From positions 96,001 through 160,000 of the forward strand of contig JAVZLM010000004.1 of assembly GCA_038883775.1 (NCBI GenBank): 64,000 bases of DNA. Direction: 5' to 3'. The position numbers and the translations under genes are program-made. The DNA is from Candidatus Bathyarchaeia archaeon (GTDB taxonomy: Archaea; Thermoproteota; Bathyarchaeia; Bathyarchaeales; Bathycorpusculaceae). The notes under the pieces were generated by a model. It made no database searches, was not told the origin of the DNA, and saw only the letters and a list, made by a program, of their open reading frames with translations. Positions 30,607 through 39,712 of this stretch are shown here, piece after piece. The first letter of the stretch is position 1; each line of letters opens with the position of its first letter.

Positions 30607-31101
30607 GTGAAGGCGAATATTATGAAAACGAAAAATGAATTGATCGAGTTTATGAAGAGGCAGATTAAGGTTGAAAATGAGATTGTGGACTCGCTGAACA
30701 ATGCGTTAATTGACATTAAAAACCCGCCTGTAAAAGGAGTTTTGAAGGGCATATCCTTAGACTCTTTGAAGCATGCTGAAATGTATGCTGCAGCCACAGA
30801 ATTATTGACAAGGGTTTCCCAGGCCATAACGCAAGAGCAACTGGACAAGCAGAAAGCGGTTGTGGAAAAGCACATACGTATGGAAGCTGAGCTTATCAAG
30901 AAAATTAGTAACGTTTTGCCAACGGTTGAAGATGAGAAGGTTAGGCTTCTTTTGAGCGCCATTTTGGAGGATGAGAAGAGGCATCATGGACTGTTGAAAA
31001 TGGTTTTGGAGATTCTTGTTCGCGGTGAAGCCATAACAGAGGCTGACTGGTGGGATTTGCTTTGGAAGAATGTTCCGTTTCATGGTGCTCCTGGAGGATA
31101 A
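30607..31101 (+). CDS. Ferritin-like (four-helix, di-iron) protein
   Basis: Paired E..E, DS.KH, H.RME and DE.RHH motifs. Confidence 0.75.
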   Translation: MKANIMKTKNELIEFMKRQIKVENEIVDSLNNALIDIKNPPVKGVLKGISLDSLKHAEMYAAATELLTRVSQAITQEQLDKQKAVVEKHIRMEAELIKKISNVLPTVEDEKVRLLLSAILEDEKRHHGLLKMVLEILVRGEAITEADWWDLLWKNVPFHGAPGG

Positions 31102-31160
31102 AACCACATTATTGACTAAAACGTGTACTCTTTTTCGGTTTTGTTAACCGATAAGCTTTT

Positions 31161-31176
31161 TATGACGTATGGCATA
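31161..31176. promoter_or_regulatory. Palindromic operator-like site TATGAC-GTAT-GGCATA
   Basis: About 30 bp upstream of the P-type ATPase start, abutting a T-rich TATA-like element. Confidence 0.6.
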
Positions 31177-31205
31177 CTAACAATTGATGCTGATAAAGTG
31201 ATAAA

Positions 31206-33326
31206 ATGCACCATCAACACCATGCCCACCACATCCAAGAATTCAAAAACAAGTTCTGGATTTCCCTCATCCTGACAATACCAATTCTGCTTCTATCAGA
31301 AATGATACAAACATGGTTTCCAATTCTCCAAGCATTACAAATGCCATTCAAAAAAGAAATCCTACTCTTCCTATCCCTAATCGTTTACGTCTATTGCGGA
31401 TTACCGTTTCTAAAAGGATTAATGGATGAGATAAAGGCTCGCCAGCCAGGAATGATGACCCTCATAGGAACAGCCATAACAGTAGCCTTCACCTACTCTG
31501 CTGGAACAGTTTTCCTTCCATTAGGCATGGACTTCTTTTGGGAACTTGCCACGCTTATAGATGTTATGCTTTTGGGACATTGGATAGAAGCCAAAAGCGT
31601 CATGGGTGCTTCAATGGCGCTGGAAGAACTGGTTAGGATAATGCCAACCACAGCCCACCGTATAAAAAACAGCGAAGTCGAAGACATCCCAGTTTCAGAG
31701 TTACGTGTCGGCGACAAGGTTCTTGTTCGTCCAGGCGAGAAAATACCATCAGACGGCATTGTTGTTGAAGGCGAATCCTCAGTCAACGAGGCGCTGTTAA
31801 CTGGAGAATCCAAACCCATCCCAAAAAGCGTGAGAGACAAAGTTATTGGTGGCGCAATAAACGGCGAAGGCGTTTTGAAAGTGCGCATAGAAAAGACTGG
31901 GGAGGAAACCTACCTATCCCAAGTTATAAAGCTTGTTAGACAAGCTCAAGAAAGCAAGTCGCGAACTCAGGATTTAGCGAATAGGGCTGCAGCCCTTCTC
32001 TTTTATGTGGCTCTTGGAGTTGCAATAATAACCTATACAGTTTGGTTTTTTCTGGGATTTAGCGACGTAGCCCTTGAAAGAACAGTCACAGTTTTGGTTA
32101 TTGCATGTCCCCACGCCCTCGGTTTGGCAATTCCATTAGTTGTTGCCCTTTCAACTTCAATAACCGCCAAAAGTGGGATACTTATTCGTGACAGAAAAGC
32201 CTTTGAAATGGTTAAAGACGTAAATGCCATAGTCTTCGACAAGACTGGAACATTGACTTTGGGCAACTTCGGCGTCAGCGACATAGTTTCTTTTATTCCA
32301 AAAAATGAACTTTTAAAACTAACATCAAGCGTCGAATTGAATTCGGAGCATACAATAGCCAAAGCCATCTTAGAATATGCAAAGGAAAATGGCATCCAAA
32401 TTCCAAAAGCTAAAGAGTTTAAGGCATTACCTGGAAAAGGCGCTTATGGAAAAGTTGGAAAAAGCGAAGTTTACGTTGGAAGCGTAAACCTTCTCAATGA
32501 AATGAAAATAAACGTAAACGATGAAAGAATAAAGGAGCTGCAAGAACAGGGAAAAACTGTAGTTTTTACTGTGGTTGATGGGAAGCTTGCTGGTGCCTTG
32601 GCGCTTTCCGACAGAATAAGGGAAGAATCTTTCGAGGCTGTTAGAAAGCTTAGGGAGAAGGGATTAAAGGTTTACATGCTCACTGGGGATTCTGAAGATG
32701 TTGCCCGTTGGGTTGCGAAAGAGCTCGGCATAGATGATTATTTCGCCCAAGTTTTGCCAGACAAAAAAGCAGAAAAAATAACATATCTAAAAGAAAACGG
32801 CTATAAAGTCGCAATGGTAGGCGACGGGATAAACGACGCTCCAGCCCTCGTCACAGCCGATGTGGGCATAGCCATAGGCGCCGGCACAGACGTAGCCATC
32901 GAGAGCGCAGACATAATTCTAGTAAGAAACGACCCAAGAGACGTTCCAAAAGTCATAGACCTTTCCAAAAAGACATATTCCAAGATGGTTCAAAATTTAT
33001 GGTGGGCAGCAGGCTACAACATAATCACTTTGCCTTTGGCGGCTAGTAGTGTAAATCTAAATCCGGCAATAGGAGCAATTGTTATGTCTTTAAGCACCAT
33101 AATAGTGGCGTTTAATGCTCAAACCTTAAGAAAATATGAGCCGGCGGAGGTGAAGTTGATGGCGAAAAAGAAACAATTAGTCACAGACCCAGTTTGTGGA
33201 ATGAAAATAGAACCAGAAATAGCCTACAGCAAAATTGAATATGAAGGGCATATGGTTTATTTCTGTTCAAAACATTGTGAAGAAGAGTTTAAGAAGAATC
33301 CAAAGAAATACAAAACAAGAAAGTAG
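31206..33326 (+). CDS. copB: Heavy-metal P1B-type ATPase, CopB-like (CPH), with a C-terminal YHS/TRASH domain
   Basis: His-rich N-terminus, TGES, CPH, DKTGTLT, GDGINDAP, YN..P..MSLST and a C-terminal DPVCGM..YFCS..C. Confidence 0.88.
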   Translation: MHHQHHAHHIQEFKNKFWISLILTIPILLLSEMIQTWFPILQALQMPFKKEILLFLSLIVYVYCGLPFLKGLMDEIKARQPGMMTLIGTAITVAFTYSAGTVFLPLGMDFFWELATLIDVMLLGHWIEAKSVMGASMALEELVRIMPTTAHRIKNSEVEDIPVSELRVGDKVLVRPGEKIPSDGIVVEGESSVNEALLTGESKPIPKSVRDKVIGGAINGEGVLKVRIEKTGEETYLSQVIKLVRQAQESKSRTQDLANRAAALLFYVALGVAIITYTVWFFLGFSDVALERTVTVLVIACPHALGLAIPLVVALSTSITAKSGILIRDRKAFEMVKDVNAIVFDKTGTLTLGNFGVSDIVSFIPKNELLKLTSSVELNSEHTIAKAILEYAKENGIQIPKAKEFKALPGKGAYGKVGKSEVYVGSVNLLNEMKINVNDERIKELQEQGKTVVFTVVDGKLAGALALSDRIREESFEAVRKLREKGLKVYMLTGDSEDVARWVAKELGIDDYFAQVLPDKKAEKITYLKENGYKVAMVGDGINDAPALVTADVGIAIGAGTDVAIESADIILVRNDPRDVPKVIDLSKKTYSKMVQNLWWAAGYNIITLPLAASSVNLNPAIGAIVMSLSTIIVAFNAQTLRKYEPAEVKLMAKKKQLVTDPVCGMKIEPEIAYSKIEYEGHMVYFCSKHCEEEFKKNPKKYKTRK

Positions 33327-33371
33327 AAAGGTTTAATTGCGCCTGAAAGTTTATTCACACGGGTATAAAGT

Positions 33372-33563
33372 TTGGTTAAAATAGTAATTGATTATGCAAA
33401 ATGCGTTGGAGACGCCGACAGAATCTGCGTTGAAATTTGTCCAGTTTACGTTTTCCGCGATGAAAAGACAAAGAAGCCAACTGTTGTAAACGAAGAAAAT
33501 TGTATTTTGTGCAGAACATGCGAAGTCAACTGTCCAAGCCAAGCAATAAAAATTCAAACCTAA
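33372..33563 (+). CDS. Small ferredoxin
   Basis: C.GD...ICVEICP and CILCRTCEVNCP motifs. Confidence 0.85.
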   Translation: MVKIVIDYAKCVGDADRICVEICPVYVFRDEKTKKPTVVNEENCILCRTCEVNCPSQAIKIQT

Positions 33564-33574
33564 ACTCACAAAAC

Positions 33575-34987
33575 TCACAAAATTCTCAACAATTTGCCTT
33601 CCTTGCTTCTTATTTCAACCATCAATCTCTCATTAGCGTTTCTTGTGGCACATTTTATGCAGGGGTCGTAAGCCCTTATCACCATCTCAATCCTATTCAA
33701 GAGACCAGGCTTAATTTCGCCTTTTTGAATGAACTCCATTGCCGCATCTTTCACATTAACGTTTATAGCCGCATTATTCACTTGAGTTGGTATTATCAAC
33801 TTCATATTTTTTAGACGTCCATTTCTGGAAATTTCATACTCGTGGGCGAGGGTTCCCCTTGGAGCCTCAACAACTCCTATGGCTTTTCCGCCTTTAGGTT
33901 TAACTTTAACTCTAGTGTTTGTTCGTGTTATGGTTTCGTCTTCTAAAAGTTCTTTTACCTTTTCGCATGCATAAATTAGGTCTATAAGGCGGGCATAATC
34001 AAATAGGAGAGTGGCATGGGCTGGAGTTCCAAATTTTCTTTTAAACTCTTCCAGTTCTTTTTTGGCGATGTTTGTTGTGGTTTTTTTGTTTATGTTCATT
34101 CTGGCTGTTGGTCCAACTTGAACTATGCCTTCTGGCAAGCCTAAGGTTTTTAGGTAGGCAAATTTTGCATAGGTCCATTTGTAACGTTTTTCTTCTATGT
34201 GTTGCATGTAATCTTGCGCTGGAAATTTGTATAAGGTTTCGCCTTGAGGATTAATGATGCATATTTCGCCATCATAAAATTCTAAGGCGTCATCCTTCGT
34301 CAAAGCCATGTAATGGGTTTTATAGTCTCCGGCTTTTTTAAAATCTTGCCAGTTTTTGTAGAAAAGTTCCTTTCCAAGCTCGAAAGCTTCCTTGGTGATT
34401 TCACATGCATCTCGTGCCTTTTTTAGAAGTTCTTCTCTTTCTCTTTCCTTTAGCGGGTTGATTAAGCCTCCTGGTATGGTTGAGATTATGTGAACTTCCC
34501 GTTTTCCGACAACGTCTAATATTTGTGCTCCAAAGCTTCTAAGCATGATGGCTTTTTTTCCTATTTCTAGTTTTTCCCGCATTATTTGGAAAACATTCCT
34601 CTTTGAAGGATTTTCTTCTGGAGAAAACCAAAAGTCTGGGAGTGTTAGGAAAAAGAAAACTAAAGAGTGGTTGCTTATTATTTGTCCCATGAGTAGGAGT
34701 TCGCGAAGTTTTTTGGCTGTTTCCGTTATTTCTGTTCCATAAATATTCTCTATGGTTTTAACAGAGGCAATAATGTGGGCTGTAGAGCAGACTCCGCATA
34801 TTCTAGAAATTATGAATGGTAGCCTTTCCGCTTCCATTCCCTTTACGAAGTAGTCGAAGCCTCTGATTTCTGTGGCGTAAAAGTATGCGTCTGAAACGTT
34901 GCCGAACTCGTCAAGGATTATTGTTACTTTTCCATGACCCTCAATTCTTGTTGTTGGTGAAATTGTTATTTCTTTATGGCTGCTCAA
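33575..34987 (-). CDS. [NiFe] hydrogenase large subunit, group 3-like (MvhA/HoxH-related)
   Basis: TRIEGHG, RICGVC, EAPRGTL and RAYDPCIKCATR motifs. Confidence 0.88.
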   Translation of the reverse strand: MSSHKEITISPTTRIEGHGKVTIILDEFGNVSDAYFYATEIRGFDYFVKGMEAERLPFIISRICGVCSTAHIIASVKTIENIYGTEITETAKKLRELLLMGQIISNHSLVFFFLTLPDFWFSPEENPSKRNVFQIMREKLEIGKKAIMLRSFGAQILDVVGKREVHIISTIPGGLINPLKEREREELLKKARDACEITKEAFELGKELFYKNWQDFKKAGDYKTHYMALTKDDALEFYDGEICIINPQGETLYKFPAQDYMQHIEEKRYKWTYAKFAYLKTLGLPEGIVQVGPTARMNINKKTTTNIAKKELEEFKRKFGTPAHATLLFDYARLIDLIYACEKVKELLEDETITRTNTRVKVKPKGGKAIGVVEAPRGTLAHEYEISRNGRLKNMKLIIPTQVNNAAINVNVKDAAMEFIQKGEIKPGLLNRIEMVIRAYDPCIKCATRNANERLMVEIRSKEGKLLRIL

Positions 34988-35847
34988 ATGATCCTCTCCC
35001 TTGCTTTGGAACGTGCGAATTTTGAGAAAATGAATGTGTGGAAAATGAAGGGGTTGCGGTAAAGCTCCTCTTTCACCTTCTCTTCTGGAATACTGGTTCT
35101 TTTTGAAATTACTTTGACGAGAAAAGCGTACATATCCCTCGACCTATATAATAAGGAATCAGCGGGACCCCTACATCCGAAACATGTAAAACAAGCCCTT
35201 GGACATGGTGCTCCGCATCCGTCCCTTGTAAGAGAACCAAGGCATATGAAGCCTTGGCTTACTAGGCATAATTCTGGATTTGCTTCTTTCTCGTATATCC
35301 CATAAAGGCGGTCAAGTTTTGCTGGAATGATTTTTCTGTGGCATTCTGTGCAGACAACGCTTTGATGTCGAAGGGGTGCTTTTCCGCTTACTATGCTTTT
35401 TAAACTGTGGACTATTAGGAATGGCATGGGTGGGCATCCTGGAATATAATAGTCGACATCGACGAAATTACATATGGGATACATTAAATCCTTTGGTTCT
35501 GGAAGTGTGCTTGAAAGTTGGATAGAATATTCCTTTTCTAAAAGCTTCTTAACGGATAACAAATTGCCAAGGCTTGTTATTCCGCCGTGGGTTGCGCATA
35601 TTCCTAAAGCCACGAGAATTTTGGATTTAGCCCGCACCTCTCTAATCAATTTTTCGTCATCGGTTGTCCGAACTCCACCTTCAACGATGGCTAAGTCAAC
35701 TTCTGAAATTTCCTTCAAATCCATAAAAGTTGGGGAATAAACTATCTCGAAATCTCCTAAAAGAATTTCGTATAAGGCGTCACCAGCGTTTAAGAAAGAT
35801 GATATGCATCCGGCGCAGCATGTCAAAGAAATTATGTTAACTTTCAC
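34984..35847 (-). CDS. [NiFe] hydrogenase small subunit, MvhG-like
   Basis: CAGC, GICA..GG, PGCPP, VCTEC, CL...G..CLG..T..GCGA.CP and CFGCRGP motifs. Confidence 0.87.
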   Translation of the reverse strand: MKVNIISLTCCAGCISSFLNAGDALYEILLGDFEIVYSPTFMDLKEISEVDLAIVEGGVRTTDDEKLIREVRAKSKILVALGICATHGGITSLGNLLSVKKLLEKEYSIQLSSTLPEPKDLMYPICNFVDVDYYIPGCPPMPFLIVHSLKSIVSGKAPLRHQSVVCTECHRKIIPAKLDRLYGIYEKEANPELCLVSQGFICLGSLTRDGCGAPCPRACFTCFGCRGPADSLLYRSRDMYAFLVKVISKRTSIPEEKVKEELYRNPFIFHTFIFSKFARSKARERII

Positions 35848-36015
35848 TTGTGTATCACGCTCAATTTAGAATTATCGTTATGAGTTATGTTTTGAGATTC
35901 TTAAAATTTTTCTGCTTAAAGTTTTGGCGTATGCCACGACTTTTGAGGAGAAAGGAGAGTTTGGTTTAAAATTAGATTAGTTATTGTTTGGTTTGTCGTG
36001 GCATACTTAAAGTGT

Positions 36016-36031
36016 TATGACATACGTCATG
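36016..36031. promoter_or_regulatory. Palindromic operator-like site TATGAC-ATAC-GTCATG in the hydrogenase/regulator divergent region
   Basis: Immediately 5' of a TATA-like CTTAAATA for the HTH gene; a degenerate copy lies at 35923-35938. Confidence 0.6.
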
Positions 36032-36075
36032 CTTAAATACTTTTCCCAACAAAATATCTGAGCGGTGCATAAAAC

Positions 36076-36465
36076 TTGATAATTCCATGCGAAATCGCTG
36101 TAAAATCCGTCATACCAGCAGTAAAGGCGTTAATAGCAATACAACTCGTGGAAAAGCATGGTCTAAAACAGGAAAAGGTTGCAGAAATTTTGGGAATATC
36201 TCAAAGCGCCGTAAGCAAATATGCTCGAAAAGTTAGAGGTTACGCAATAAAAATTGACAGCATAGAAGAAGTAGAACCCTTAATAGAGAAAATGGTGAAT
36301 TTTCTTGAGAATGGGAATTATCAAAGAACGGAATTTCTGAAAGTTTTCTGTCAAACATGCATGGTTATAAGAAAAATGGGCATCATGTGCCAATTCTGTC
36401 AAAAAACGGAGCCAAAAACAATCATAAGAGAGTGTGATTTTTGTTTAGCGATAAAAACTTATTAG
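36076..36465 (+). CDS. Cys-rich HTH transcriptional regulator
   Basis: PCE N-terminus, HTH motif Q..VAEILGISQSAVSKY, and three CxxC pairs. Confidence 0.8.
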   Translation: MIIPCEIAVKSVIPAVKALIAIQLVEKHGLKQEKVAEILGISQSAVSKYARKVRGYAIKIDSIEEVEPLIEKMVNFLENGNYQRTEFLKVFCQTCMVIRKMGIMCQFCQKTEPKTIIRECDFCLAIKTY

Positions 36466-36498
36466 AATAAAAAATGAAAGGTTTAGAGGTGAAAGTGA

Positions 36499-37434
36499 TT
36501 GCCCAATTTTGATGAAGAAGCCTTTCTCGATATATTAGAGAAGGTGAGCAAAAGCGTCGTCAACATAAGCACAATAAAACTTGTCCACCACGTATTTTAT
36601 CAAGTAGTTCCAGTAAAAGGGATGGGTTCTGGAACAATAATAGACCCTAAAGGGTACATATTAACCAACAATCATGTGGTGGGAGGAGCAGAAAAAATCT
36701 CAGTAACCTTATGGAATGGCGAAATATTAGAAGGAAAATTGGTAGGCTCTTGCACCGTGCATGACATAGCAGTTGTAAAAGTTGATAGAGATTCACTTCT
36801 ATCAGCTGAGCTTGGAGACTCGGACAAGCTTAGGGTTGGGCAGAGAGTCTATGCCATTGGAAACCCTTTTGGGTTGGCAGGAGGCCCAACTGTGACCACA
36901 GGTGTCATAAGCGCTGTAAACAGAACCATAGAGTCTGGAAACGAGTTTTTGGAAAACCTTGTGCAGACTGATGCTGCCATAAACCCTGGAAATAGTGGCG
37001 GCCCCCTAGTGAATCTTGAAGGTAAGGTTGTGGCAATAAACACTGCTATAATCCCGTATGCTCAAGGAATTGGCTTTGCCATCCCAATAAACTCTGCTAA
37101 AAAATGCGCAAATGAAATAATTACAAATAGAATTTCCACAAGACCTTGGCTTGGAATAATAGGCTTAAGCATTACTGAAGAGATGGCTCGCTACTACGAT
37201 TTACCGGTAGAACATGGTGTGCTTGTAACTAGGGTTGTGGATGGAAGCCCAGCGGACCATGTTGGAATGACTGCTGGCGACATAATTTTGAGGATGGACG
37301 GAACAACCATTTACACTATTGAAGATTTGGTTAGGGAACTTCACAAGAGGAGAGTTGGAGACAGGGTGAGAATATTTGCTGTCAGCCAAGGTTTGGAACG
37401 GCGCTTTGAAGTAACTTTGAGCAAAATGCCTTGA
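36499..37434 (+). CDS. HtrA/DegP-family serine protease with one PDZ domain
   Basis: TNNHVV, DIAV, QTDAAINPGNSGGPL motifs and a C-terminal PDZ domain. Confidence 0.93.
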   Translation: MPNFDEEAFLDILEKVSKSVVNISTIKLVHHVFYQVVPVKGMGSGTIIDPKGYILTNNHVVGGAEKISVTLWNGEILEGKLVGSCTVHDIAVVKVDRDSLLSAELGDSDKLRVGQRVYAIGNPFGLAGGPTVTTGVISAVNRTIESGNEFLENLVQTDAAINPGNSGGPLVNLEGKVVAINTAIIPYAQGIGFAIPINSAKKCANEIITNRISTRPWLGIIGLSITEEMARYYDLPVEHGVLVTRVVDGSPADHVGMTAGDIILRMDGTTIYTIEDLVRELHKRRVGDRVRIFAVSQGLERRFEVTLSKMP

Positions 37435-37450
37435 GCAAGTTTAGGGGTGC

Positions 37451-38044
37451 GTGCAGAAAATCTCTTCCGAAGAAATAGTGAAAACCAAACCTAACCTTTC
37501 CTTGTTAGCCCTTATTTCTTTTGTTACCGCTTTTGTGGTTGCAAGAATATTTACAAGCTTATATCCAAAGGTTTTTTGGGAAATCAGCGGGTTACACATT
37601 CACCATTTTTGGTATGGTTTAGCCATGCTTGCAATAGGTGGTTGGCTTGGCATAAGCTATGAAAGCGAACGAATAAACAGAGTGGCAGCGATTCTTTTTG
37701 GCGCTGGAGGCGGACTTATAGGAGATGAAGTTGGGCTTTTGCTAACTTTAGAAAGTGAGAATTATTGGGCTGGAATAACCTACACAATTATAATAACATT
37801 TCTTGCCCTTGCATCACTCCTCATTTTGTTAAATAGATATTCGAGGCTGATTCGCATGGAATTCACTCAATTTTTGCGCAGCAACGCAAGCCTATATTTT
37901 GGCGTTTTCCTTGCTGCAGTCTCCGTAGCATTCATCTTAGAAACAGAAAACATCATAATCATCACTGTATCAAGTGTCCTAACATTTGCAGCTTGCGTCA
38001 TAATTTTGGCTTATTTTGCTCAAAAAATAAAAATAAGACATTAA
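37451..38044 (+). CDS. Integral membrane protein (HIHH motif)
   Basis: About 6 TM segments; LHIHHFWYG and G.GLI.DE motifs. Confidence 0.75.
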   Translation: MQKISSEEIVKTKPNLSLLALISFVTAFVVARIFTSLYPKVFWEISGLHIHHFWYGLAMLAIGGWLGISYESERINRVAAILFGAGGGLIGDEVGLLLTLESENYWAGITYTIIITFLALASLLILLNRYSRLIRMEFTQFLRSNASLYFGVFLAAVSVAFILETENIIIITVSSVLTFAACVIILAYFAQKIKIRH

Positions 38045-38066
38045 ATAGCATAGGCAGCGTGTCTCA

Positions 38067-38951
38067 ATGCACAAAAACAGTTGCCCAACGAGAAGCGTGA
38101 AATACTTAAAAATAGCTTTAGGCATTACCCTATCATTCTTCATTATTGAATTGGTTGGCGGAATCCTAACAAATAGTCTTGCCCTTCTAGCGGATGCTTG
38201 GCACATGTTAAATGATGCCGCAGCCCTAATTTTCGCGCTTATGGCTGCATGGATTTCCGTTCGCCCAACCAACGTGAAAAAGACCTTTGGATATTATAGG
38301 GCTGAAATTTTGGCGGCTTTTTTGAATGGTGTCTTCTTATGGGGTATTGTCATTTTCATTTTTTACGAGGCAATCCAGCGATTTCAAAATCCAATTCAAG
38401 TGGAAAGTTTAAACATGCTCATCATAGCCTTCTCTGGTTTGGCAGCCAATGGATTGTCAGCCATCACCCTCTCCAAATCTAAAAGCGAAAGTTTAAACGT
38501 TAAAGGCGCTTTTCTCCATGTTTTAGCTGACGCTTTAGGCTCTATTGGAGCAATTTCCGCTGGAATAATAATGTATTTTACAGGGTGGTATCAAGCCGAC
38601 ACCATCATCAGCATGATGTTGGGCGCATTAATCTTTTACAGTTCTTGGAAACTCATCCGAGAATCCATAAACGTTCTCCTCGAAGGAGTCCCCTATGGCA
38701 TTAACTTGAATGCTGTTGAGCGGAGGATTATGGAGCAAGAAGGCGTGAATGAAGTTCACGATCTCCATGTGTGGTGTATTACTCCTACTAAGATGTGTTG
38801 TGTGAGCTGTCATATTGTGGTGAAAAAGGATGCGGATAAGAGGAAACTTCTTTCGGATTTGATGAAAATTTTAAGTGAAGAGTTTGGGATAGACCACACA
38901 ACCATTCAGTTAGAAGATGAGGGGTATCCGAAGGCAATTAGCGAGCATTGA
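38067..38951 (+). CDS. Cation diffusion facilitator (Zn/Co/Cd efflux, CzcD-like)
   Basis: SLALLADAWHML.D, TFGY.R.E, LHVLAD, VHDLHVW and HTTIQ motifs. Confidence 0.92.
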   Translation: MHKNSCPTRSVKYLKIALGITLSFFIIELVGGILTNSLALLADAWHMLNDAAALIFALMAAWISVRPTNVKKTFGYYRAEILAAFLNGVFLWGIVIFIFYEAIQRFQNPIQVESLNMLIIAFSGLAANGLSAITLSKSKSESLNVKGAFLHVLADALGSIGAISAGIIMYFTGWYQADTIISMMLGALIFYSSWKLIRESINVLLEGVPYGINLNAVERRIMEQEGVNEVHDLHVWCITPTKMCCVSCHIVVKKDADKRKLLSDLMKILSEEFGIDHTTIQLEDEGYPKAISEH

Positions 38952-39019
38952 AAGGCGTAGCTTTGCAGAAAACTTTTACTCATCAATCCTTTAATAGAAG
39001 TGTTGTGAGGTGAAAGCGT

Positions 39020-39169
39020 TTGAAAGCGAAATTAATTGTGGATGGCGAAGAAATAAGCCTTAACGAGTTTGTTGTAAAAATCTTAAGCGGAACCATTGTT
39101 GGAGCAGTAACTTCCCTTAAAGGGATAAAGAAGGACTGGAAAGAGATTGAAATAAAAGTCACAAGATAA
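39020..39169 (+). CDS. 49-aa small protein resembling the C-terminal domain of archaeal MobB-like proteins (absent from the ORF track)
   Basis: A GAGGTGA RBS precedes TTG; the ORF reads MKAKLIVDGEEISLNEFVVKILSGTIVGAVTSLKGIKKDWKEIEIKVTR. Confidence 0.7.
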   Translation: MKAKLIVDGEEISLNEFVVKILSGTIVGAVTSLKGIKKDWKEIEIKVTR

Positions 39170-39178
39170 ACGCAAGTG

Positions 39179-39712
39179 TTATCCGCTTAAAATTGTTGAT
39201 ATTTCTATGGGAGCAAACATTTCCCTCTTCGCCTTGCAGATGGGACAAATGTAGGGTGGGTCTTCCCGAAAAACCACGTAACCGCACTGTTTGCAATACC
39301 AAAGTTTCAGCTTTATCTCAGAAGGCTTCTTAGCAACTACTGCAACAGCCTCAGAAGTTTCTTCGGCTTTTCCATAAGCCCTAGCTTGCTTTTCTAAAGG
39401 TCTACGTTCAGGAACAGGCATGAGTGGAGTTTTGCCTTCATACACATCTTTTCTAACATAAAGTGCGCAGTAGCAAGCCCCAAACTCTTCAACGTCTAAA
39501 TCTCGATAATCGCATGGGCATATTATATCTCTATCCCACTCAAATTTTCCTGATGCTAATCTGCAAGGGCATGAGGGATACCCATAACGTTCCTCATTCC
39601 TTTTTAATCCTTCAAGTAAGTCTTTAAGGAAATCTGGGTTTGGGTTTAAATAGTAGCCGTGGGTTTTTGCGTCGCTTTCCACTCTTTGGCGAACTTTTTC
39701 AATTGTTATCAA
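39179..39712 (-). CDS. Ferredoxin:thioredoxin reductase catalytic domain fused to a rubredoxin-like domain (FDR-like)
   Basis: CPCR, CPC and CYC motifs plus C-terminal WYCKQCGY..CPICK. Confidence 0.88.
   Translation of the reverse strand: MITIEKVRQRVESDAKTHGYYLNPNPDFLKDLLEGLKRNEERYGYPSCPCRLASGKFEWDRDIICPCDYRDLDVEEFGACYCALYVRKDVYEGKTPLMPVPERRPLEKQARAYGKAEETSEAVAVVAKKPSEIKLKLWYCKQCGYVVFREDPPYICPICKAKREMFAPIEISTILSG

Noticed and set aside
33560-33590. Short tandem repeat AACTCACAA x2 at the ferredoxin/hydrogenase convergence
   Set aside because: Only two copies in an A/C-rich junction; not a CRISPR or a meaningful array.
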